Positions 1 to 8,456 of a stretch of 64,000 nucleotides of DNA are shown here, one piece after another. The DNA is from an uncultured Candidatus Saccharibacteria bacterium. Lineage in GTDB: Bacteria; Patescibacteriota; Doudnabacteria; UBA920. Made by a program: the position numbers and the translations under genes. The number at the start of each line of letters is the position of its first letter. Position 1 is the first letter of the stretch. The stretch covers positions 78,392 through 142,391 of the forward strand of contig CAYTCJ010000001.1 of NCBI GenBank assembly GCA_964436545.1, given 5' to 3'. The notes beneath the pieces were generated by a model. It did not search any database. It was given only the letters and a program-made list of their open reading frames with translations, and was not told where the DNA came from.

Positions 1-1
1 G

Positions 2-883
2 TTGGACGACAGGGTGGTGGTGTTAACCGCCGATTTAGCCGAAAGTACTCGGGTAGAAGGTTTTGCCAAAAAATTTCCAGACAGGTTTATTGAATGCGGG
101 GTAGCGGAGCAAAATATGATGGGGGTGGCAGCCGGCTTGGCGCTTTATGGCAAAATTCCGTTTGTGGCTTCTTACGCGGTTTTTTCTCCGGGCAGAAATT
201 GGGATCAACTTAGAGTGAGCGTTTGTTATTCTAAAGCAAATGTAAAAATTGCCGGGGCGCATACCGGCGTATCGGTCGGTCCCGATGGCGCTACTCACCA
301 AGCTTTGGAAGATATTGCTATGGTAAGAGTTTTGCCGGACATTGTAGTGGTGGTGCCCTCTGATGCCATTGAAGCCAAAAAAGCCACTATGGCATTAGGC
401 ATAAAAGAAGGTCCGGCGTATGTTCGTTTAACTCGCGACAAAACTCCTTTAATTACCACAGTGGAAACCCCGTTTAAAGTGGGGAAGGCGGAAATTTTTA
501 AATCCGGTAATGATGTGGCCATTATTGCCTCCGGACCGGTGTTGTATAATGCGCTTTTGGCAGCACAGGAATTAGAAAAAGAAGGTATAAGTTGTATGGT
601 GGTAAATAATCACACTATTAAACCCATTGATACTCAAACCATTGTGGAGGTGGCTAAAAAATGCGGAGCAGTGGTAACAGTGGAGGAGCATCAAATTATG
701 GGTGGGTGTGGGAGCGCAGTGTGTGAAGTTTTGGCACAAAATTATCCGGTGCCAGTGGAAATGGTGGGCATGAATGACACTTTTGGAGAGAGCGGTAAAC
801 CGAATGAGTTAATAGAAAAATATGGAATGGGAAAATATGCTATAATAAATAAAGTAAAACAAGTACTAAAACGAAAAAAATGA
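2..883 (+). CDS. Transketolase C-terminal subunit (pyrimidine-binding + C domain), 5' truncated by window
   Basis: Motifs GVAEQNM, GPDGATHQ, TVEEH; split-transketolase type. Confidence 0.92.
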   Translation: MDDRVVVLTADLAESTRVEGFAKKFPDRFIECGVAEQNMMGVAAGLALYGKIPFVASYAVFSPGRNWDQLRVSVCYSKANVKIAGAHTGVSVGPDGATHQALEDIAMVRVLPDIVVVVPSDAIEAKKATMALGIKEGPAYVRLTRDKTPLITTVETPFKVGKAEIFKSGNDVAIIASGPVLYNALLAAQELEKEGISCMVVNNHTIKPIDTQTIVEVAKKCGAVVTVEEHQIMGGCGSAVCEVLAQNYPVPVEMVGMNDTFGESGKPNELIEKYGMGKYAIINKVKQVLKRKK

Positions 884-1335
884 AACAAAAACATTATTAT
901 CAAGGCTTTACCCTCATAGAACTCCTGGTAGTAATTGCCATTATTGGCCTGTTAGCGAGTGTGGTGTTAGTGAGTTTAAATTCGGCTCGGAAAAAAGCGA
1001 GGGAGACTAAACGACTTGCAGACATAAAACAACTTCAAACTGCTCTGGAATTGTATTATGATGCCAATAATGCTTATCCACCAGATGGTGGATATCCTTT
1101 CTCCGACACAACTAATTCTGTAATTGCAGGTCCTACCAAGGCTTTGGGTCCTTATTTAAGCAAAATCCCAAATGATCCATTGTATGGAACGGGATGGGCA
1201 TCTTACCATTATGTTGGAAATACGACAGAGTATGGGATTTATTATTGTCGGGAAATTGCAACGCCAAGCTGTTGTTATGTAAGATCAGCAAATGGACCAG
1301 ATTCGGGTTGGTGGGGAGTTTCGGCTTGTCCATAA
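880..1335 (+). CDS. Type IV pilin / pseudopilin 1
   Basis: Class III signal G|[18 protein letters not shown]; C-terminal cysteines. Confidence 0.92.
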   Translation: MKQKHYYQGFTLIELLVVIAIIGLLASVVLVSLNSARKKARETKRLADIKQLQTALELYYDANNAYPPDGGYPFSDTTNSVIAGPTKALGPYLSKIPNDPLYGTGWASYHYVGNTTEYGIYYCREIATPSCCYVRSANGPDSGWWGVSACP

Positions 1336-1347
1336 AAATATTATTAA

Positions 1348-1953
1348 ATGATAAAAAATAATAAAAACCAATCCTTAACGGGCTTCACCCCAGTTAGAGC
1401 TTTAAAAAGTTTGATGCAAAATTTTAAAAAAAGTATTTTATCAAATCCGGTTTTTCAATATAAATCACCAACGGTAGCTCTAACGGGGTTCACCCTCATA
1501 GAACTTTTGGTTGTAATTGCCATTATTGGCCTGTTGGCGAGTGTGGTGCTCGTAAGTTTAAACACGGCTCGAACCAAAGCACGAGATACCAAAAGAAAAG
1601 CAGATTTAAAGCAACTCCAAACAGCTACAGAATTAAGATTTGATGCGGTAAATGATTATCCGGCTTCGGCAGGATGGTTTAGTAATCCCGGACACGGTGG
1701 ACTTGATGCTGCTTTAGTTCCTACATATGTGAGTAAGGTTTCAGATGACCCAATAAACACTGGTAGTAATATTTATATGTATTGGCGAAAAGATACTGTT
1801 GCTTATGGCTGTTTAACAAATTTAGGAGCAGACAAGTTTGCGTATTATGCGAAATTAGAAAATCCTACTGCTGAAGACCAAGCTACAATTTCTGACTCTT
1901 TTGATATATGTGTAAGAAACACATGGGGTATGAATTATAAAGTTGGACATTAA
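1348..1953 (+). CDS. Type IV pilin / pseudopilin 2, with a 35-aa MITE-derived insertion in the leader
   Basis: GFTLIELL motif preceded by a duplicated LTGFT. Confidence 0.9.
   Translation: MIKNNKNQSLTGFTPVRALKSLMQNFKKSILSNPVFQYKSPTVALTGFTLIELLVVIAIIGLLASVVLVSLNTARTKARDTKRKADLKQLQTATELRFDAVNDYPASAGWFSNPGHGGLDAALVPTYVSKVSDDPINTGSNIYMYWRKDTVAYGCLTNLGADKFAYYAKLENPTAEDQATISDSFDICVRNTWGMNYKVGH
1388..1488. mobile_element. MITE-like element, TIR CCCC(N)GTTAGAGCT...AGCTCTAACGGGG, TTCA duplication
   Basis: Terminal inverted repeats; TTCA at 1384-1387 and 1489-1492; sister copy at 17137-17213. Confidence 0.8.
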
Positions 1954-1955
1954 TT

Positions 1956-2465
1956 ATGAAAAATAATAAAGGATTTACCCTTATTGAACTTCTAGTAGTT
2001 ATTGCCATCATTGGCCTATTGGCCAGTGTGGTGCTCGTAAGTTTAAATTCGGCCCGAGCTAAAGCGAGAGATGCCAAAAAAATATCTGACTTTGCTCAAA
2101 TTAGTAAAGCTATTCAATTATATTACGACAAGAATAACACTGTGCCACCGAATTTAGTCAACGGAAATGAATCTTGTGAGTTTGTCACTAACACAACTCA
2201 GTATGTTCAAACCATGCAAAATTTTGTTTCAGCCGGTTTTCTCTCCAGTGTTCCCAAGAGCCCGGGGACACAGGGTTATAATAGGGGATACTGCTATTTT
2301 GATTATGGGCCTAACAATAACATAGGAGTTTTGTTAGTTACTCAGCTAGAAAGCGCCACCCCATCTACCACCGGACTTTCACCTTCTTGCAGACCTTGGG
2401 CTTCCGGCACAAATTGGTGTGATCAATCTATAAATAATTATTATTGTTTATGCGTCCCCTATTAA
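1956..2465 (+). CDS. Type IV pilin / pseudopilin 3
   Basis: [10 protein letters not shown]-type leader; Cys-rich C-terminus. Confidence 0.92.
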   Translation: MKNNKGFTLIELLVVIAIIGLLASVVLVSLNSARAKARDAKKISDFAQISKAIQLYYDKNNTVPPNLVNGNESCEFVTNTTQYVQTMQNFVSAGFLSSVPKSPGTQGYNRGYCYFDYGPNNNIGVLLVTQLESATPSTTGLSPSCRPWASGTNWCDQSINNYYCLCVPY

Positions 2466-3001
2466 AAAAAATTATTTTACAATCAAAATTGTATAAGTCT
2501 AACAGTGGTTTTACTCTCATAGAACTCCTTGTAGTTATTGCCATTATTGGTCTGTTGGCCAGTGTGGTGCTTGTAAGTTTAAATTCCACTCGAAAAAAAG
2601 CCAGAGATGTTAAACGATTGGCGGATATTAATCAAATCCAAAAAGCTCTGGCGCTCTATTACGATGCCAATGGTCAGTACCCAGCGCCTACGAGTGATGC
2701 CAGCTGTGGTGGATACGATACCACGGCTGACGGAACATTTTTATCGGTTTTAAGAACCGCCGGTTATTTAAGTAAAGATGTTTTAGATCCATCGATTAAT
2801 AGCAGTTGCCAGAATTATAAATATTATAGATATTCAGCGGGTGATAGCGGATGCGATGCCAATAAAGGCGCTTTTTATGTAATTGGAGTGGTGGATATGG
2901 AAACCAGTAGTGGCGCACATCCCGACAATCCTGGATTTTCCTGCACCGGGAGAAATTGGACAGGTGAATTTGAATGGGTAACCGGACAGTATGAAAAATA
3001 A
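2444..3001 (+). CDS. Type IV pilin / pseudopilin 4 (start may be 2450)
   Basis: SGFTLIELL motif; four Cys. Confidence 0.9.
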   Translation: MFMRPLLKKIILQSKLYKSNSGFTLIELLVVIAIIGLLASVVLVSLNSTRKKARDVKRLADINQIQKALALYYDANGQYPAPTSDASCGGYDTTADGTFLSVLRTAGYLSKDVLDPSINSSCQNYKYYRYSAGDSGCDANKGAFYVIGVVDMETSSGAHPDNPGFSCTGRNWTGEFEWVTGQYEK

Positions 3002-3067
3002 ATTTTTATAATTATTTGAATACTTTATTTATTTTAAGCTTTAGTGTTAAAGCTTCACGATTAATGT

Positions 3068-4087
3068 ATGTTGGATATTATTTCTATCGGCGACGCCACC
3101 ATTGATACATTTTTGTTTATTGATGATTTGGAAATTAAAAAAATTAATGGCCAAACCAAGGCGATTTTTAATTGGGGAGATAAATTACCGGTAAAAGAAC
3201 TTTATAAAACTGTGGCGGGTAATGCCGCCAATAACGCGGTGGGGAGTGCTCGGTTGGGTTTAAAGACCGCTTATTATACCGTCTTGGCGCACGATGTCGG
3301 CGGGAGAGAAATTATTCACAAAATGAAAAAGGAAGGCGTATCGGAGCGTTATATTGTAATCGATGAAAAACACAGCACTAATGCATCGTTTGTCATTTCT
3401 CATAAAGGCGAGAGAACTATTTTGGTTTATCACCAACATAGAAAGTATAAACTACCGCCTTTAGTTCCATCGAGATGGGTATATTTAACCAGTATGGGTG
3501 AGGGGTTTGAGTCTATTTATCCCGAGTTGTGCCAGTATATAGACAGATATCAGAGTAATTTGGGTTTTAATCCCGGCACGTTTATGCTCAGAGCGGGAGT
3601 TAAGGTGAACAAAGAAATTTTAAAGCGAACTACGTTGTTATCTGTTAATGTGGAAGAAGCGCAAAGTTGGGTGGGGGAGAATAATCGAGATCCGGAAATG
3701 CTGTGTAAAAAATTGTTCAATCTAGGCCCGAAAATTATTGCCCTTACCGATGGCCGAAGAGGGGCTTATTCCTATAGCGAGCAAGGGTTTTATTATGTAC
3801 CGGAATATCCCGGACCCAGAATAGAAGCCACGGGTGCGGGTGATGGTTTTACTACCGCTTATATTGCCGGGTTATTCTATGGGTTGCCACATGCTCAAGC
3901 ACTTAAGTGGGGTCCGGTAAATGCGGGAAGTGTGGTGCAAAAAATTGGACCGCAAGCCGGTTTACTAACCAAACAGGAAATTGCATTACAATTAAAAAAA
4001 TTAAAAAAATTTGAAACCATCAACATTACCGATGCCAAGAGTAAAAAACAGGTAATGGCTATGGTGGCAAAAAAGAAAGATACATAA
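3068..4087 (+). CDS. PfkB-family carbohydrate kinase
   Basis: IGDATID N-terminus, GNAANNAVGSARLG, EATGAGDGF anion-hole motif. Confidence 0.9.
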   Translation: MLDIISIGDATIDTFLFIDDLEIKKINGQTKAIFNWGDKLPVKELYKTVAGNAANNAVGSARLGLKTAYYTVLAHDVGGREIIHKMKKEGVSERYIVIDEKHSTNASFVISHKGERTILVYHQHRKYKLPPLVPSRWVYLTSMGEGFESIYPELCQYIDRYQSNLGFNPGTFMLRAGVKVNKEILKRTTLLSVNVEEAQSWVGENNRDPEMLCKKLFNLGPKIIALTDGRRGAYSYSEQGFYYVPEYPGPRIEATGAGDGFTTAYIAGLFYGLPHAQALKWGPVNAGSVVQKIGPQAGLLTKQEIALQLKKLKKFETINITDAKSKKQVMAMVAKKKDT

Positions 4088-4090
4088 TTT

Positions 4091-4306
4091 ATGAGTAACT
4101 TAGCAGGGAATAGCGTAGCTTCCCAAAACCCGATTTTTCGATTTTGCTTAATTGCCTTTTTAGGGAGTGTGGGTTTGGGCTTGGTATTGAGTTGGCGAGC
4201 TACCAGTTTTATTACTTCGGAATATCAAGAAATTCCTCAATCCGCCCGAATGGTAAAAATTAAAAATATGAATAAGTTAACTCAAGAAAATTTAAAAGAC
4301 AAATAA
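4091..4306 (+). CDS. Small single-pass membrane protein
   Basis: Fills the gap in the operon; one hydrophobic helix. Confidence 0.55.
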   Translation: MSNLAGNSVASQNPIFRFCLIAFLGSVGLGLVLSWRATSFITSEYQEIPQSARMVKIKNMNKLTQENLKDK

Positions 4307-4313
4307 TTTTTAT

Positions 4314-5339
4314 ATGGCACAACACATTAAAATTGGAATCAATGGGTTTGGAAGAATTGGCAGGCAGGCGTTTAAAATCGCTCTCGGTAAGCCGGAAATT
4401 GAAGTGGTGGGGATAAACGATTTGTCACCCACTTCGGTTTTGGCGCATTTGCTGAAATACGATAGTAATTACGGCCGGTTTGGTTTGGAAGTGAGTTTTG
4501 ACGAAACAAATTTAATTGTAGCGGGTAAAAAATATCCGGTAGTTGCAGAAAAAGAACCGGAAAAATTACCTTGGGGCAAACTGGGGGTAGACGTAGTTTT
4601 AGAATGTACTGGCCGGTTTACAGATAGTGAAAAAGCAGGAGCTCATTTGAAGGCTGGGGCAAAAAAAGTGATTATCTCCGCTCCGGCAAAAGACGAAGGT
4701 GTAACCCCCACCATTGTTTTAGGGGTGAATCACGACAAATACAAAGGCGAAAATATCATTAGCAATGCTTCTTGCACGACCAATTGCATTGCGCCGGTTT
4801 TAGATGTGCTAAATAAAAAATTCGGTGTGGAAAAAGCTTTTATGTCCACTATTCATAGTTATACCGCGGAACAGAATTTGGTAGATGGTCCGCCACCCGG
4901 AGGCAAATCCAATGACTTAAGAAGAGCTCGGGCGGCTGCCATCAACATTATTCCCACTACGACTGGCGCTGCCATTTCCGCCACCGAAGCCATTCCATCG
5001 CTCAAGGGCAAATTTGATGGTGTGGCGTTTAGAGTCCCAACGCCTGTTGGTTCATTATCGGATTTTACAGTTTTACTTAAAACTAATGTTACTAAAGAGC
5101 AGGTGAACCAGGCCTTTATTGAGGCTTCGAAAAATTCCCATTATCAAGGATACTTGGAAGTTTCTACGGAACCTTTGGTGCTTAGCGATATTGTGGGCGA
5201 CCCGGCCTCTTCGATTGTAGATTTGTCTTTAACTCAAGTGGTAGATGGCAATTTTATAAAAGTGGTGGCTTGGTATGACAACGAGTTTGGCTATAGTAAT
5301 CGGTTGGTAGAGGAAGTAATTTTAATACAGCGACACTAA
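4314..5339 (+). CDS. gap: Glyceraldehyde-3-phosphate dehydrogenase
   Basis: GINGFGRIGR, SNASCTTNC, WYDNE. Confidence 0.98.
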   Translation: MAQHIKIGINGFGRIGRQAFKIALGKPEIEVVGINDLSPTSVLAHLLKYDSNYGRFGLEVSFDETNLIVAGKKYPVVAEKEPEKLPWGKLGVDVVLECTGRFTDSEKAGAHLKAGAKKVIISAPAKDEGVTPTIVLGVNHDKYKGENIISNASCTTNCIAPVLDVLNKKFGVEKAFMSTIHSYTAEQNLVDGPPPGGKSNDLRRARAAAINIIPTTTGAAISATEAIPSLKGKFDGVAFRVPTPVGSLSDFTVLLKTNVTKEQVNQAFIEASKNSHYQGYLEVSTEPLVLSDIVGDPASSIVDLSLTQVVDGNFIKVVAWYDNEFGYSNRLVEEVILIQRH

Positions 5340-5778
5340 TATGCCAATAGCACGCTAATGACGCTAATAATAGAACCACAATTATCCTTTAAGATTACAG
5401 GGTTGTGTTTTAAGGTTCATAATAAACTTGGCAGATTTGCAAGCGAAAGACAATATTGTGATGAATTAGAAAAGTTGTTCATAGAAACCGGATTGAGTTA
5501 TGAAAGAGAATGTGATATTAAAACCTTAGTCCCAGATTCCCCAAAAGGTAATAGAGTAGATTTTTTAATTGAAAAGCGAATACTGTTAGACGCAAAGGCT
5601 AAAAAGTTTGTGACCAAAGAAGACTATTTACAAATGATTCGTTATTTAGAGGCATCAAAACTGAAACTCGGATTAATTGTAAATTTTAGAAATACTTATA
5701 TTAAACCGAAGCGTGTAATTAATAGTAAAATTTAATTAGCGTTATTCGCGTGATGAATTTGTAATTTCGTGTCGCCTG
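5328..5778. mobile_element. Inverted-repeat-bounded GxxExxY cassette between gap and pgk
   Basis: CACGCTAATGACGCTAAT (5351-5368) matches the reverse complement of 5735-5752 at 16/18; outer CGACAC/GTGTCG pair. Confidence 0.6.
5358..5735 (+). CDS. GxxExxY protein (PD-(D/E)XK-like nuclease fold)
   Basis: VHNKLGRFASERQY, RVDFLIE, YL..LGLIVNF signature. Confidence 0.85.
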   Translation: MTLIIEPQLSFKITGLCFKVHNKLGRFASERQYCDELEKLFIETGLSYERECDIKTLVPDSPKGNRVDFLIEKRILLDAKAKKFVTKEDYLQMIRYLEASKLKLGLIVNFRNTYIKPKRVINSKI

Positions 5779-5779
5779 T

Positions 5780-7009
5780 ATGATTAAATATTTAAGAACA
5801 TCAGTCATAAAGCATAAAACCGTAATTTTACGGCCGGATTTAAATTGTCCCATAAAAAATGGACGTGTAAGCGATGATTTTAGAATTCGGCAGAGTTTAC
5901 CCACCATTCAAGCATTAAGAGACCAAGGTAATAAGCTAATTATTTGCGGGCATTTGGGTCGGCCTAAAGGTGAGTGGCAAGCCGAATATAGTTTTGCTCC
6001 GGTGGCTAAACAACTGGCGGAGTTATTAAATTTAAAATTTGTCCAAACCGATGGCACTTTGCCCGATTATCAGATTCCGCATTTAATTTTTTTCACCGGC
6101 AATTTAACCAGTGATCAAAGCCTCAGTCAAGTTAAACAGAGTTCCGGTAAAGATGTGGTGTTTTTGGAAAATTTAAGATTTTATCCGCAAGAAGAAAAAA
6201 ATGATCCTCAATTTGCCAAACGTTTAGCCACTTTAGGTGAAGTGTTTGTTTTAGATGGTTTTGGAGTAGTGCATCATCCGGCGGTTTCGGTAACGGGTTT
6301 GGCGGAACACTTGCCCGCTTACTGCGGATTGTTATTGGAAAAAGAAATTAAGGCTTTAGATATGGTGTTAAAGCATGCCAAAAAACCTTTGGTGGTTATG
6401 ACAGGCGGGGTTAAGCTTTCCGAAAAAGTGGGCGCTTTGGAAAATTTGGGTAAAACCGCCAATAAAATTTTAGTGGGCGGGGGAGTGGCCAATTTAATGT
6501 TTAAGGTAAAAGGCTATGAAGTCGGTGTGTCTAAATTGGAAGAAGCTCAAACGCAAACCGCGTGGCACATTTTACAAAACTTTAAAGATAAATTAGTTTT
6601 GCCGGTAGATGTAGTGGTGGCTAATGCCAACATGGATAAACAGTCAATTCGCGTGTGCAGTCCGCACGAGGTTGGCCCCAATGAACAAATTTTAGATGCC
6701 GGACCCAAAACGATTATGGAATTTTCCAAAGTCATTAAAACTGCCAAAACTTTAGTCTGGAGCGGACCTTTGGGATTGTATGAAAAATCGCCTTTTCATC
6801 ATGCGACGTTTGCTTTGGCGCGCTTAATTGGTGGGCGGGGCAAAGGCAAGGCTTTTGTGGTGGTCGGGGGCGGGGATACGGTTGATGCTGTAAGGCAATC
6901 TCAGCAATTTGAACATATTGATCATGTCTCCACCGGCGGAGGCGCGATGCTGGAATATTTGGCCGGAGAAAAATTAGCCGGCATTGAAGCTTTAAAAAAA
7001 CATGATTAG
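5780..7009 (+). CDS. pgk: Phosphoglycerate kinase
   Basis: DLNCP, HLGRPKG, LENLRF, GGGDT, HVSTGGGA. Confidence 0.97.
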   Translation: MIKYLRTSVIKHKTVILRPDLNCPIKNGRVSDDFRIRQSLPTIQALRDQGNKLIICGHLGRPKGEWQAEYSFAPVAKQLAELLNLKFVQTDGTLPDYQIPHLIFFTGNLTSDQSLSQVKQSSGKDVVFLENLRFYPQEEKNDPQFAKRLATLGEVFVLDGFGVVHHPAVSVTGLAEHLPAYCGLLLEKEIKALDMVLKHAKKPLVVMTGGVKLSEKVGALENLGKTANKILVGGGVANLMFKVKGYEVGVSKLEEAQTQTAWHILQNFKDKLVLPVDVVVANANMDKQSIRVCSPHEVGPNEQILDAGPKTIMEFSKVIKTAKTLVWSGPLGLYEKSPFHHATFALARLIGGRGKGKAFVVVGGGDTVDAVRQSQQFEHIDHVSTGGGAMLEYLAGEKLAGIEALKKHD

Positions 7010-7011
7010 GT

Positions 7012-8418
7012 ATGGCACAGCATCAGCAAAAATTAAAACAAGTTGTAGAGCGGATTCGGTTTTTGTCATCTAATCAAGAAAAAGCGTATGTTTACCACGG
7101 GTCTACCAATACCACCCGAGCTTTGAAGTTTAAAAAAAATCACGTTGTGGATTTAAGTGATTTTGGCAATATTTTGGACATTGATGTGCAAAGTCAAACG
7201 GTAATTTGTGAGCCCAATGTGCCTATGGATAGGTTAGTGGAGGCGACTTTAAAGTATGGTTTAGTACCGCCGGTAGTTATGGAATTTCCCGGTATTACCG
7301 TGGGCGGGGGGATTTCCGGAGGAGCCGGAGAAAGCAGTTCGTTTAAACATGGTTTGTTCCATAATACGGTATTGGAAATGGAAATTGTGTTAGGTAATGG
7401 GGAAGTCGTTAAGGCTTCGCGAGAACAACATTCGGATTTATTTTGGGGAGTGGCGGGCGCTCTGGGTACTTTGGGGATAATTACCCAAGTTAAATTAAAA
7501 TTAATCTCTGCGAAAAAATTTGTTAAGGTGGAATATCAAACCGTTAAAAATTTTAGTCAAATGCAGGAAGTGTTAACGAGTTATGCCAAAACCACAGAAT
7601 ATGATTTTATGGAAGGGATTATGTACACTGCCAAATTGGGCGTTGTAATTTTGGGAAAGATGACCGATATTAGTGAGAAACCGGAAGTAATTGGTTTAAA
7701 TAAATCTTGGGGGAGGTGGTATTATAAGCATATTCAGTTTAGATTAAAAAATAAAATTTTTTGCGATTATTTCCCTTTGAGGGATTTTTTATTTCGTTAC
7801 GACAGAGGGGCTTTTTGGATGGGAGAGTATTTTTTTAAATTATTTCATTTGCCTGCCAATCGCCTAACTAAATGGATTTTTAATGCTTGGCTAAACACTC
7901 GGGCATTGTATCGCGCTTTGCATTCCGCCAATTTGGCGCAAAAATATATTATTCAAGATTTATGTTTACCGGCGTCAAAGGTGTGGGAGTTTTGTAAATT
8001 TTTGGAGAAACATTATAAAATTTACCCGTTGTGGTTTATTCCCTTAAAACCGGAAAGTCAACCGTGTCAATTATCCTTTGCCAATTTACCCGGCGAAGCT
8101 TTAGTGAGTATCGGAGTGTATGGCACGAGTGGTTTAATTAATCGGCGGGAATTGAAGAAAAATATTTTATTAAGTCAAAAATTGCAAAGTTTAGGCGGGA
8201 GAAAATGGTTTTATGCGACTAACTATTATTCCCGAACAGAGTTTTGGAAAATTTATAATCTTAAATGGTACGGTAGAATGCGAACCAAATATTCCGCCAA
8301 AAATTTATTTCCCGATATTTTTACTAAACTCACCACCAATGTTCAGAGTAAACCGGAAATTTTTAAAGGGTTTTTTAGGTTTTTGTTACACAAGAAGTAT
8401 TTAAAACTAAAAAGTTAA
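7012..8418 (+). CDS. FAD-binding oxidoreductase, Delta24-sterol-reductase (DHCR24)-like subfamily
   Basis: EPNVPMDRLVEATL..PVVMEFPGITVGG..GESSSFKHG, FRYDRGAFW. Confidence 0.8.
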   Translation: MAQHQQKLKQVVERIRFLSSNQEKAYVYHGSTNTTRALKFKKNHVVDLSDFGNILDIDVQSQTVICEPNVPMDRLVEATLKYGLVPPVVMEFPGITVGGGISGGAGESSSFKHGLFHNTVLEMEIVLGNGEVVKASREQHSDLFWGVAGALGTLGIITQVKLKLISAKKFVKVEYQTVKNFSQMQEVLTSYAKTTEYDFMEGIMYTAKLGVVILGKMTDISEKPEVIGLNKSWGRWYYKHIQFRLKNKIFCDYFPLRDFLFRYDRGAFWMGEYFFKLFHLPANRLTKWIFNAWLNTRALYRALHSANLAQKYIIQDLCLPASKVWEFCKFLEKHYKIYPLWFIPLKPESQPCQLSFANLPGEALVSIGVYGTSGLINRRELKKNILLSQKLQSLGGRKWFYATNYYSRTEFWKIYNLKWYGRMRTKYSAKNLFPDIFTKLTTNVQSKPEIFKGFFRFLLHKKYLKLKS

Positions 8419-8456
8419 ATATGGTATAATTAATTAGTCCCATAAAAGGGCTAATT

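Noticed and set aside
880-3001. Diversity-generating retroelement or shufflon acting on the pilins
   Set aside because: No reverse transcriptase, template/variable repeat pair, recombinase or inverted cassettes in the window.
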